A stretch of 64,000 bases of DNA, from NCBI GenBank assembly GCA_031414695.1, contig JANNWG010000030.1, forward strand, positions 20,130-84,129. The letters are read 5' to 3'. The translations under genes were made by a program, and so were the position numbers. This stretch comes from Burkholderiales bacterium (GTDB lineage Bacteria > Pseudomonadota > Gammaproteobacteria > Burkholderiales > Usitatibacteraceae). The notes below the pieces were generated by a model. The model ran no database searches. It saw nothing but the letters and a program-made list of their open reading frames with translations, and was not told the origin of the DNA. Every line of letters starts with the position of its first letter. Within the stretch, counting starts at the first letter, position 1. Below are positions 36,228 through 45,768 of this stretch, piece by piece.

Positions 36228-37574
36228 ATGAAAAATTTCCTCCGCCAACTCATTCTCAGCCTCGCCATTTTCAGTGCAGCGGTTTCAACGGCACAGTCGC
36301 AAACCTTCACGCTCCCCACCACCACCGCCGCACCCACCAAAATTGACGGCCTCTGGTGGAACCCGGCGGAGTCAGGCTGGGGCGTTACCTTTAACCAGCA
36401 GGCCAATATTATTTTTGTCACGCTGTTTAGCTATGACAGCACGGGGCAGGCGAAATGGTATGTGGTGTCAGATTGTCGAGTCGCTGGCAATGGTTGCACG
36501 GGGGATTTTTTTGCGGTTGTCGGCGGCTCGCAGCCAGTCGGGCCTTGGACGCCAAATCTCGCGGTCACGCGTGTTGGTTTATTTACGGCTAGTTTTACTG
36601 ATGTCAATAACGGCAGCGTCAGCTATTCGATTAACAACGTCAATGGCAGCAAAGTTATCGCGCGCCAACCTTGGGCTGCGGCGGCAACACCTGCATCTGG
36701 CATCACGTGGGATAAATCAGCGGATCTCAACGCCAATATGCCCGTCGGCATTGAAGTTTTTCGCGGCACGGGTAATGGGCTACGTGCGGTTTATGCCACG
36801 CTCGATAGCGCAGCGAATGCCAATATCGAATGGAATGTTGCTTCCATTGCGCCCGGCGCACTCACACCATTAGGCTTTGCACAGGCTGAAGCCAAGCCAG
36901 TGTACGTTGCCATCAATGCAGGCTACTTCGGCGCATCAACTATTAACCAAAGTTTTAGCCTAGCGATTAAAAATAGTGTGACGGCTGCCACGGGTGTGAA
37001 GCAGCTCACGCGCAGTGGGCAAGTGTATTTCCCCACGCGCGCTGCATTTGGTGCAATGGCGAATGGCGATATTGTCGCCACTTGGGCATACCCAGTTGGC
37101 ACGTCGAATTTAATTTATCAATATCCATTGCCTAGCCCGAATGATTCAACCAAAGCACCATTAGCGTTACCCACCGCCGATTTTCCCGTAGGCGGCACGC
37201 GCTGGTCGCCTGTTAAAGCAATTGGTGGTGGCCCGATGCTGATTAAAAATGGCGCAAAAGCAGTCACCTTTGTAGAGGAAATTTTTGACGCCGCCAGTGG
37301 CATTGTGCCCACTGGTGCTGCACCGCGCACCGCTGTCGCAAAACTCGCCAATGGCAAGGTTATCTTCATGGTTATTGATGGCCGCAGTAGTGTCAGCCGC
37401 GGTGTATCTTTAAGCGAGCTTGCGGATATTTTGTTGAGCCTCGGCGCGACTGAGGCAATGAATCTCGACGGTGGCGGATCAAGCGCGATGGTGGTCAATG
37501 GCGCAGTGGCTAATACGCCAAGCGACGGCGCGATGCGAGTTGTGCCGACAGCATTATTGTTTCGTGAGAAGTAG
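36228..37574 (+). CDS. secreted phosphodiester glycosidase (NAGPA/DUF2233-like) with an N-terminal WWNxxESGWG module
   Basis: Signal peptide, then the LWWNPAESGWG module. The C-terminal domain carries AINAGYF, GGGPMLIKNG, PRTAVAKL..GKVIFMVIDGRS and AMNLDGGGSSAMV. Confidence 0.75.
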   Translation: MKNFLRQLILSLAIFSAAVSTAQSQTFTLPTTTAAPTKIDGLWWNPAESGWGVTFNQQANIIFVTLFSYDSTGQAKWYVVSDCRVAGNGCTGDFFAVVGGSQPVGPWTPNLAVTRVGLFTASFTDVNNGSVSYSINNVNGSKVIARQPWAAAATPASGITWDKSADLNANMPVGIEVFRGTGNGLRAVYATLDSAANANIEWNVASIAPGALTPLGFAQAEAKPVYVAINAGYFGASTINQSFSLAIKNSVTAATGVKQLTRSGQVYFPTRAAFGAMANGDIVATWAYPVGTSNLIYQYPLPSPNDSTKAPLALPTADFPVGGTRWSPVKAIGGGPMLIKNGAKAVTFVEEIFDAASGIVPTGAAPRTAVAKLANGKVIFMVIDGRSSVSRGVSLSELADILLSLGATEAMNLDGGGSSAMVVNGAVANTPSDGAMRVVPTALLFREK

Positions 37575-37586
37575 TGCTATATAACG

Positions 37587-39038
37587 TTACTTCGCACGCC
37601 CAAGTCTGATCGCCATCCACATCATCAGCGCGACGCCTAAAATGAGTACAGCCCACAGCGCAATTTTTTTCCAGTCGGTCGCGGGCGCTACATTTGCACT
37701 AACTGGAATAATCACTCCCACATTGCTACCTGCCGTGGTGTCATTGGTTGCGATGGTTTCGACAGTCGCGATAGTCGCGATGGGCAATAAAAATTCAGCG
37801 CGATCTTTATAGCCTGGCATGATTTCATTCACCTGAAAATGCGCTGGTTGTGCGACGGTGCGACCAAAGCCAATCGTAAACGGTGGCTCACCGCGCGCGG
37901 CAAAAATAATTTGTGCAGGTTGCCACGTTAAAACGAGAGTTGGCATGCTTGTCCCTAAGCCACCGCCGCGTGTGTCAATCACGGCGCGCCAAGTTGTAGT
38001 TGCACGCGTGGCTGCAATATTTGTTAGCACAGCAGGTGATATTAGTTCTTTACCATTGCGCGTGATGTTATAAAAAGTGGCGCTAGCCACGGATTGCCAT
38101 GCGGGCTCTATATTGTTGCTGCTGCCAAACTTTGCGCGTTGGCTTTTATCCAATACGGGCGATTTCACATAGAGCCGTGTCGGCGCTAGGGTATTCGTAT
38201 CTGGCATAAGCAGTTGCGCGCTTTCAATCGGGAGCTTCGCATCGACTTCAAAAAAATATTCACCGGGACTATTACCTGCTGTGCCCTTGACACTAATCGT
38301 CTCCACTTCACGCACGCTATTGCTTGATGTGCTGTCAGCGGTAATTTTGGTTAACGCGAAACCAGCGCTGGGCGTGCCCCAAGTTAGGCGCAAATATTTA
38401 TCGTTGAGTGGGGTGAAACTCACTTTATTTTGCAAGATGGCGTTACCCGCAAATGCTAAGTCGACGAGCGGTGCATCGCGCACGACGCTACGCCAATTTT
38501 TTAAGTCATTGCTGGCTTCAATGTTGAGGTTGGCGGTTTGCACATTAGGGTTTTTAATCCAATCAAATTGAAGCGCATTAATCGGTGATTTCATACGGCT
38601 TGCATCAACTAGATAGCTTGACTCAACGGCTGCTTTTCGCGTCGTTATTGTATTGATCGCCACTACGCTGCCATCAATTTGCAATTTGACCGAGGTGGTG
38701 AGCTTTTCTTCACCAAGCAGCGGGAAATGGGGCAGGGTGGTGGCAATGACAGTATCGGTTGCGACAGTGGGCTCTTGTGTAAAAGCATATGGCACGCGTT
38801 CGCCTCGACCATTAAATACGCGCACATCGCGGGCATCTGCATGTGCCATGCCGCGATAAATGGCGAGCGGCAGCTTCACCCGCGCCATGCCATCAGGCGT
38901 TACCGGTATGGCGATGGTGAGTTTATTAGCGTAATCGCTTGGCTTATCAGAGATGGGTTTTTCATTGGCCTTCGCGGTAGAAATCGCAGCCGAGACGAAT
39001 AAGTAGAGTAGGGCTGTCATCAATATTGGATTTGTCAT
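37587..39038 (-). CDS. DUF3999-like protein (signal peptide, C-terminal TM anchor)
   Basis: 483 aa with an RVFNGRGERVPYAF-type N-terminal block and a C-terminal TM helix. The start overlaps the stop of the upstream DUF2339-like gene by 4 nt. Family assignment is from memory. Confidence 0.65.
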   Translation of the reverse strand: MTNPILMTALLYLFVSAAISTAKANEKPISDKPSDYANKLTIAIPVTPDGMARVKLPLAIYRGMAHADARDVRVFNGRGERVPYAFTQEPTVATDTVIATTLPHFPLLGEEKLTTSVKLQIDGSVVAINTITTRKAAVESSYLVDASRMKSPINALQFDWIKNPNVQTANLNIEASNDLKNWRSVVRDAPLVDLAFAGNAILQNKVSFTPLNDKYLRLTWGTPSAGFALTKITADSTSSNSVREVETISVKGTAGNSPGEYFFEVDAKLPIESAQLLMPDTNTLAPTRLYVKSPVLDKSQRAKFGSSNNIEPAWQSVASATFYNITRNGKELISPAVLTNIAATRATTTWRAVIDTRGGGLGTSMPTLVLTWQPAQIIFAARGEPPFTIGFGRTVAQPAHFQVNEIMPGYKDRAEFLLPIATIATVETIATNDTTAGSNVGVIIPVSANVAPATDWKKIALWAVLILGVALMMWMAIRLGRAK

Positions 39039-41977
39039 GTTTTCTCCGTGCTTAATTTTTCATCTGCATCAGCTTGGGTAACTGCGGGTGGCACGGGTGC
39101 GATATAGCCCATCACCAGCATTAATACACCAACGCCAATGAAAGACACAATGCGTTCCAGCCCAGCCAAGTTAGAGAGATCAACAAAAAATAATTTACCC
39201 ACGACTACTGCCATGAGCACTGCACCGATGAACCAAATCTTGCGTTCACTACGACGAGCAGAAAATAGCATGAGTGACAATGCTAATAGTGTCCAAAAAA
39301 TAGACAGTGACGCTTGGACTAATACCGAGCGCATCATTACATCAAGCTCAAAGGCAATACCCGCCCAGTGATGCAAGGTGCGTAGCAAGATGGCATTGAG
39401 CCAGATAAAAACGAGTGCGCCTGCGAGCGGCAGTAATATTGGTTTTAGTGTGACGGTACTCGCCGCATGATTGACGCGTCGCCACCAAACTGCAAGCGTT
39501 AGCAATATAAATAAATGGCCTAAATCAATGGCGTTGATGATGGGCATATACGGTAATGGAGCAGACGTCCCGCTATGCGTGAAGTTTGCGTAGAGACTCC
39601 ATAGACCAAGCGCCGTTATGATTACGCCGCCTGCGTAGCGCTGATACGCCGCTGCATAGTCGCGTACTGGCCATGTGGATTGTCTCGCTGCGCTACAAAC
39701 GGCTAACAGCAGTGCACATGGAATAAACATAACGGCGGCGACTGACCACGCGCTTTTTTGTAAATCAAAATAGCCCGCTAGCCAATGAAACTCCGCAGCA
39801 CCAATGGCCGCGACAAATAACAACGTCGCCGCGTGCAGCAGCGCAAAATATAGACGCAAAATATTATTTTGTTCATCATTATCCTCATCGACTGCGGGCT
39901 CATGTAAACGCAACAGCCACCACTGAATTGCAATTGCTATCGACCATACTAGCCAACCATAATCGCTAAACAAATGTGGTGCCACATCCACGCCGCGGTA
40001 GTTTGTGAATGAATCAAATGCGGCTAACAATAACGCGGGCAATAGGATGCGCTGCGGCCATGCGGCCTCGCGCCAATGTAGTTTTACACTTGCGATGCTT
40101 GATGCCAATACGCTCACCGCGATCAATGCCACCAACGTGGCATCCTGATATGGCAGCGCGATATGCCGATAAATTTCATTCATCGTACCTGCGAAATACC
40201 AAAAACTACCCCAAACAAACAATACGGGTGACAGCGTTACTTCTAGCTTAGTTAGGCTAGCTTGATGACGATGTATTAAACGATTCAAATACAAGCCGCT
40301 TGCCGCAAGTAACATATAGCCGATAAATTGACTATTCAATATTGGATAGTGATCTAGCTTGAATTGCGTGCTTGCTAAAAATGCTATACCCGCAAGTAGC
40401 TGCATGAGTAGCCCAAAAGCACGGGCTAATTTACGGTCTTGTCGCACGCCAACCCAAAATATTGCCGCACCTTCGAGTGCCCATACGGCTGAAGTCCAGC
40501 GTGCATCAAGTGCTAATGGAATAGCGAGCGTGGCAAAAATAACGCCGAGTGCGAGAAAAGACTCGGTGAGTAGTTTGAGTTGGGGTGAATGTTTAGCGTT
40601 AAGCCAAGTGGCGAGCAGCAAATAAAATGCTGCCAATGCGAGCGCAGAAAACGCCATGCCAAATTCAAACGACGAGACTAAGCCAGCCTGTAAGCCAAAG
40701 CCAACAATGGGTGCGCCAAAGATGAGCGTGCCATCAACATAGTGCGTGAGCCTTGGCGCTTCTCTAAACGCATACAGCACCGCAATGGCCACATAGGCCA
40801 CAAAAAATAAAATCAGGAACGGCTCGGTGGTGGCAAAAAATGACGGCGCGTAATATTTGCTACCCCAAGCTGCAGCGATAGCGAAAGTGAATACAAATCC
40901 GACTAAGTTCAGTGGACGCCATGCTTTCACCCAAGCGGTGCAAAATATGCCGGCGTTGAGCACGGCGTAGTAGCTAAATAAAGCCACATGACTGCCTTGA
41001 CCCGTTGATGCCAAGATGGGCGCTAAAAATCCACCCGCAACACCCGTCACTGCTAGCGACATGGCGTCCTGGCGTATCGCCAATAAAGTAGAGAACGCCG
41101 CCACCGCGACAAGCATTGGAAACGCGTGGCCCGCTGGGATTAAGTCGTAAAGCCTGAAGGCACTAAAAATCGTGAGATACAAAATAGCCACGCCCGCACC
41201 CTGCAAGGTAAGCGCATAGCCCGCGCGTGCAGGTTGCAGCCGCAATCGCCAACCCACCACAAGTAGTGCAATGGCCGCAGCACCCACCGCCGCCAAGCGA
41301 AGCTCAAGCGGAAAGACTGCATTTTCAGCGGCGTACTTGGCTAAAAATGCCATGCCAATAAATAGTATCAACACACCAACACGCACAATCGTATTGCCAC
41401 CGGTGAGCCATGCCCAAAGCGGATTAGGTTGCATTGGTGCATCACGCTTCGGTGGCGCAGGTGCTCTTGTGGCCTCCACCATTTCTGAGATTGCTTTAAT
41501 GCTAGTGGCACTCTCATTCGTGGCTTCGACTAAAGCAGAGATGTCGCTTTCCTTACCTACGCTATTGCTAATACTGCTATCAATGTCTTGTACGCCCGCC
41601 TCGCGGCCCCACGCTGTGGCTGGTGCGGCAGTAGTGAGCGATGCATTATTGGCGCTATCCTCGGTTGCAAGCGTAGTTGTTGCTGCTGGTGCTGGTGTAA
41701 CAACTTTGCCTACTTCACTTTGTGGTTGTGACGTTTCGATGCGCGCTAATCGCCAATGAATATCTTCAACCGCTTTTTGTAATCGCGCTAAATGTGCATC
41801 TACTGCTGCCGTATTGGCAAGCATCTCAGCACTCGCTGCCGATGCGCCACCGATGCCCAATAATTTTCCCAGCCCCCAACCTGCGATAGCGCCAAAAAAA
41901 GCGCCAAACGCCGCACCCCATGCGCCGCTCGACAACCCGCCAAAAATAAGGCCAATTACTAATCCTAGAAACCACAT
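39035..41977 (-). CDS. DUF2339-like large polytopic membrane protein (980 aa)
   Basis: Gly-zipper N-terminal helix (GLIFGGLSSGAWGAAFGAFFGAIAGWGLG), a coiled segment (LARLQKAVEDIHWRLARIE), a low-complexity linker and then more than 20 TM helices. Family assignment is from memory. Confidence 0.7.
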   Translation of the reverse strand: MWFLGLVIGLIFGGLSSGAWGAAFGAFFGAIAGWGLGKLLGIGGASAASAEMLANTAAVDAHLARLQKAVEDIHWRLARIETSQPQSEVGKVVTPAPAATTTLATEDSANNASLTTAAPATAWGREAGVQDIDSSISNSVGKESDISALVEATNESATSIKAISEMVEATRAPAPPKRDAPMQPNPLWAWLTGGNTIVRVGVLILFIGMAFLAKYAAENAVFPLELRLAAVGAAAIALLVVGWRLRLQPARAGYALTLQGAGVAILYLTIFSAFRLYDLIPAGHAFPMLVAVAAFSTLLAIRQDAMSLAVTGVAGGFLAPILASTGQGSHVALFSYYAVLNAGIFCTAWVKAWRPLNLVGFVFTFAIAAAWGSKYYAPSFFATTEPFLILFFVAYVAIAVLYAFREAPRLTHYVDGTLIFGAPIVGFGLQAGLVSSFEFGMAFSALALAAFYLLLATWLNAKHSPQLKLLTESFLALGVIFATLAIPLALDARWTSAVWALEGAAIFWVGVRQDRKLARAFGLLMQLLAGIAFLASTQFKLDHYPILNSQFIGYMLLAASGLYLNRLIHRHQASLTKLEVTLSPVLFVWGSFWYFAGTMNEIYRHIALPYQDATLVALIAVSVLASSIASVKLHWREAAWPQRILLPALLLAAFDSFTNYRGVDVAPHLFSDYGWLVWSIAIAIQWWLLRLHEPAVDEDNDEQNNILRLYFALLHAATLLFVAAIGAAEFHWLAGYFDLQKSAWSVAAVMFIPCALLLAVCSAARQSTWPVRDYAAAYQRYAGGVIITALGLWSLYANFTHSGTSAPLPYMPIINAIDLGHLFILLTLAVWWRRVNHAASTVTLKPILLPLAGALVFIWLNAILLRTLHHWAGIAFELDVMMRSVLVQASLSIFWTLLALSLMLFSARRSERKIWFIGAVLMAVVVGKLFFVDLSNLAGLERIVSFIGVGVLMLVMGYIAPVPPAVTQADADEKLSTEKT

Positions 41978-42227
41978 GGCGATGCCTTTTTAAAATGTCA
42001 GTACTGATGTCGTCACAATGATGAGCTAACTTCGCAATATTTTGCGACGGTGAAGAAAGAGATTTTTCTGCATATTGTTACGTGCAGTTTGCATCTTGTG
42101 TCTGATAGCGCAGTACTTAGATTAAAGCACCATTATTTTGTTTTGTACGCGGCGAAAATACTATCAGTTATCATTGGGCAACTTATCGCGTTTGGCTCTA
42201 AATTTTCGCCGATTTTAAGGAATAAAT

Positions 42228-43058
42228 ATGAATTTCAATCAGATTCGCTTGCAAAGCTTAATAGCAGGTTGTCTTTATTTTTTTTGTGCGGTCTCACAGG
42301 CTGCCGCACTAACTGAAAGCACACAAAAAGCTGATGCGCCGGTTGCGCTCGCTGCAACCTCAGATGCCTTGCCATTATCGAAGGCGCCAGAAGTTTTCTA
42401 CGAAAGCGACCCCAAAAGCTGGGCGCGGGTAAAGCGAATTGTGCCGCCTAAGTATCCAGAAGCAATGTTAAAACTGGGGCAGGGTGCGGTTGTGGATATT
42501 GAAGTTCTCATTGGAAAAATAGGCTTCGTCAGCCAAATCAGAAGCGTGACATCCAATCCAAACAATCTGCAGCTTGTCGAGGCCACGCGCGCGGTGTTGC
42601 AGTATTGGACATTTAATGTGCCGCGTTCTGAGGCGTGTGTTCCGATTGAAAGTGTCGGCGACATGCAATTGATATTTGAAGTTGTCAATGGCGAAGGCAA
42701 GATTTCGCTGATACATCGCCGCAACCAAGATTTAGATGTAACAAAAGTAAAATCGCCAAAAATGCTGAATAGAGTTGCAGTGTCCGAAGTAATCCAAGAA
42801 GGCTATCCACGAGAGGCGCGTAGAGCAGGTGCACAGGCAATCGTATATGCGTTACTCACTGTAGATCATATGAGTGGCGCGACTTTGAGTGTTGAGATTA
42901 CTCATATGGTTACACCAACAGGATACGAAAAAAAATTTGCCGAAGCTGTGATGCCAGGTTTAACAGCAGTAAAATTTTCACCTTTTCCGAGCAAGACGAT
43001 GCCCTGGCGAAATTGTATTTCGGTAGACTACGTTCTCAGAGGCGAATCTAGAGATTAG
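42228..43058 (+). CDS. secreted protein with two TonB-C-like domains
   Basis: Signal peptide, then two segments resembling TonB C-terminal domains (VKRIVPPKYPEAMLKLGQGAVVDIEVLI... and VSEVIQEGYPREARRAGAQAIVYALLTV...). AGGA RBS. Confidence 0.5.
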   Translation: MNFNQIRLQSLIAGCLYFFCAVSQAAALTESTQKADAPVALAATSDALPLSKAPEVFYESDPKSWARVKRIVPPKYPEAMLKLGQGAVVDIEVLIGKIGFVSQIRSVTSNPNNLQLVEATRAVLQYWTFNVPRSEACVPIESVGDMQLIFEVVNGEGKISLIHRRNQDLDVTKVKSPKMLNRVAVSEVIQEGYPREARRAGAQAIVYALLTVDHMSGATLSVEITHMVTPTGYEKKFAEAVMPGLTAVKFSPFPSKTMPWRNCISVDYVLRGESRD

Positions 43059-43074
43059 AAAAAACGTAATCTCA

Positions 43075-43767
43075 TTACTCCACCGCCACCACTGGCGACT
43101 CCTCATATGGCTGCATGACTACCCAGCCATCACCCTCAAATTTGAGTTGAAAGCCTTCGCCGCTACCGCGACCGAAGAGCGTGCCCAAGCTCACATCGGT
43201 ATGAATGCTAGGGCTTAAGTTGCCGCTCCACGCGACCGTGGCATTGGGGTCAGTGAAGACGGGTGCGCTTGGCTTGACCGCAAGTGTCATTGGTTCGTAG
43301 TGTGTCGTCATGGCCACATGGCCGACACCTGTGATGCGAACATTAAATAATCCGCCTGCCGCTGCGGCACCAAAAGAGCGAATCATTTTGATATCGTATT
43401 CGAGACTACTTTCGAGCGCTAAAACATCATTGCCATTGACACAAATGGTTTCGTTATTCAAGTGCAGTATTTGAATTTTCTTGCCCTTGTCGGCCAGATA
43501 GACGCGGCCACGGCCTTCGGCTTTCATCAGCGTCATGCCTTCACCAGTGAGCGCTTTTTTGAGTAAGCCTCCGACACCACGGTCAAGCATGCCTTCGCGT
43601 TTGAATTTCACTTGCCCGGTGTAGGCGATCATTGCACCCGCTTTGGCCCAGACTAAGCCATCGAGTTTGACTTCCAACATATGCGCACTTTCAAGCTCAA
43701 ATGTTTCACGCGTCTCATCGCGTTCAGCAGTTTTATGAATGAATTCGGCGATGGAATATTTGCTCAT
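43075..43767 (-). CDS. AIM24-family protein (DUF124/TIGR00266-like)
   Basis: 230 aa. The pattern AGAMIAYTG...LTGEGMTLMKAEGRGRVYLA...VNGNDVLA...GGLFNVRITG.G.V is typical of AIM24. Confidence 0.7.
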   Translation of the reverse strand: MSKYSIAEFIHKTAERDETRETFELESAHMLEVKLDGLVWAKAGAMIAYTGQVKFKREGMLDRGVGGLLKKALTGEGMTLMKAEGRGRVYLADKGKKIQILHLNNETICVNGNDVLALESSLEYDIKMIRSFGAAAAGGLFNVRITGVGHVAMTTHYEPMTLAVKPSAPVFTDPNATVAWSGNLSPSIHTDVSLGTLFGRGSGEGFQLKFEGDGWVVMQPYEESPVVAVE

Positions 43768-43882
43768 GATGATTTACTCCGCTAAGTTGATGGGTGTCTG
43801 TGTGGGCGATGCATAAAATATAGACGAGTTTGGGTGCTTTTGTGATGACAAACGCGAACTTGCTGACAAAGATACGTAAAGG

Positions 43883-43954
43883 ATAAAACGCCAATATAGA
43901 CGGGCACTTTGAAAACAATATGCTTCAAAGTGCCCGTCTATATTGGCGTTTTAT
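43883..43954. repeat. 31-bp perfect inverted repeat with 10-nt loop
   Basis: ATAAAACGCCAATATAGACGGGCACTTTGAA, AACAATATGC, TTCAAAGTGCCCGTCTATATTGGCGTTTTAT. Confidence 0.9.
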
Positions 43955-44031
43955 GTGGAGGCCGAAATTGTTTTGGCAGTTGCATGGTGAACTATTTGCG
44001 GCAATTTCAACTGCTAGTCGTTTCACGAACG

Positions 44032-44068
44032 CAATCCCTCCCACCCTTCCTTTTTCAAAAGGAAGAGC
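44032..44068 (-). repeat. REP family A copy (inverted orientation)
   Basis: CAATCCCTCCCACCCTTCCTTTTTCAAAAGGAAGAG is the reverse-orientation counterpart of the hairpin+GGAGGGATTG element. Confidence 0.7.
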
Positions 44069-44170
44069 TGGTGTCTTAATGTTATTCACGTACTGTAGAA
44101 AATTTGGCAACCTGGCAACAAAACCATCTGTGCGTAATGCCGCTTCTGTCTAATCAAACCACCAAGCTAG

Positions 44171-44206
44171 CCCCTCCCTTTGAAAAAGGGAGGCTGGGAG
44201 GGATTG
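44171..44206 (+). repeat. REP family A copy
   Basis: CCCCTCCCTTTGAAAAAGGGAGGCTGGGAGGGATTG is almost identical to 8827..8861. Confidence 0.85.
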
Positions 44207-44301
44207 TTGCCGTTATCTGCTGCATATCGAAATGACACAGAAATTTCATCAGACTGATACTGGGTCAATATGACTACCTATAACAAATTTGCTGCATTCA
44301 A

Positions 44302-44646
44302 CTAAATTTCAATCACCGCCTCGAACCCACCATAAATCATACGTTTACCGTCAAATGGCATCTCGTTCATCATGCGCGGGTCAGACATGGCTTTTGCCAT
44401 ACCAGCATCACGCACTTGTTTTGAAGGCCATTCGATCCATGAAAATACCACCACTTCATCTGGCCTTAATTGCACCGCCATTGGAAAGCTGGTCAATTTG
44501 CCATCGGGCACATCATCGCCCCAACATTCAACGATGCGTAGTGCGCCGTATTCTTTGAAGAGTACGTCCACTGTTTTGGCGTGGTGAATAAATTTTTCTT
44601 TATTTGCTGTTGGCACAGCGACGACAAAGCCATCTACATAGTTCAT
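44302..44646 (-). CDS. DUF1428 (YbaA-like) protein
   Basis: MNYVDGFVVAVP..NKE.F........LFKEYGALRIVECWGDDVPDGK.TSF...V......VVFSWIEWPSK..RD.GM.K.M.DPRM....MPFDGKRMIYGGFE. Confidence 0.8.
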   Translation of the reverse strand: MNYVDGFVVAVPTANKEKFIHHAKTVDVLFKEYGALRIVECWGDDVPDGKLTSFPMAVQLRPDEVVVFSWIEWPSKQVRDAGMAKAMSDPRMMNEMPFDGKRMIYGGFEAVIEI

Positions 44647-44794
44647 TTTCGTTTTCCGGTTGCGTTATGAGGTGATAAGTAAAGAAAAATTTTGCCACGC
44701 ATTGTACGGATGAGGATAAATGCAGATAAGGTAAAGCAAGTTTGGTTTTACTTGCTTTTATCTTTGCAATTCGTGGCCAATTTTGTCTGCGGTT

Positions 44795-45244
44795 CTAGTT
44801 CGGAATCTCAGGCTCAACGAGTCTCGCTAAATTTTGCAGCGACTCTTGCCAACCAAGATAGCACGCTTCAAGTGGAATAACGATTGGTATTCCTTCCTGC
44901 AAGATGGTTAATTCCGTACCAACAGATACTTTTTTAAAGTGGACGGTCACATGCATTTCACCGACTAAATTTGGGTCATCGAACACATCTGAATAACGTA
45001 GGCGCTCATTGGGTATAAGCTCGTAATATTTGCCGCCAAATGAAATACTTGTGCTGGTCGTGAAGTTAGTAAATGACATCTTAAACGTGCCGCCGACATT
45101 CGCTTCTAGATGATGTACTTTGCCAGTGAAGCCATTTGGCGGTAACCAACGTGCCAAAGCATCAGGCTCTAAGAATGCGCGATAAATTTTTTCGGGACTT
45201 GCAGTGATGACGCGATGTAGCTGAACTTTATTTTTGCTAGTCAT
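44795..45244 (-). CDS. SRPBCC/AHSA1-family protein
   Basis: LHRVITASPEKIYRAFLEPDALARWLPPNGF...GGTFKMSF pattern. Start moved to ATG 45244 (MTSKNK). Confidence 0.7.
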   Translation of the reverse strand: MTSKNKVQLHRVITASPEKIYRAFLEPDALARWLPPNGFTGKVHHLEANVGGTFKMSFTNFTTSTSISFGGKYYELIPNERLRYSDVFDDPNLVGEMHVTVHFKKVSVGTELTILQEGIPIVIPLEACYLGWQESLQNLARLVEPEIPN

Positions 45245-45419
45245 GATGCTTCCTTTGGTTGCGGTTGGCGTTGTCAAATTGTCTAATTCACGCATAGGCT
45301 GTACTTAAATATACTGCCGTATTCGATGGGGGGTGATTTTTTGACGCAAGTCGAATAGCGCCATCTAGGCCAGTAGCATCGAGCAAATAGAAACCGGCAA
45401 ACGAGGCAGAGGCGCTTCA

Positions 45420-45660
45420 TACGGCACTCCTTCTGGGTTCTGTCAATAAAGTCACCGTTGATAATCCATGGCGTACCAAAAAGATCCACCAGCATGCCCC
45501 ATATTTTTGCCCAGAATGCAGGCTGCATCGGCATGTTGATTGTGCCACCTTCACTAATTTATGCTGTTTCCCCAAAAATACACGATACTGCCGTTTTAAA
45601 GGCACGAAGTCACCGATGCGCATCGGTGCACGCCGCACGTTGTGAATCGTGTAGCAACAT
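45420..45660 (-). pseudogene. fragmentary VOC/PhnB-like gene remnant
   Basis: Two overlapping minus-strand frames carry pieces of a PhnB-like protein (..APMRIGDFV.. and GGTINMPMQPAFWAKIWGMLVDLFGTPWIING). The pieces are out of frame with each other and too close together for an intact domain. Confidence 0.4.
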
Positions 45661-45768
45661 CAGCGTTTACAGGCCTAGCACTTCAGCCCGTGACAATGAG
45701 CCAAAATATTGTCGGTAGTTGCTGTTGAATTAGTGCAAATGATCAAGAATTTACGTCAATAAACGATG

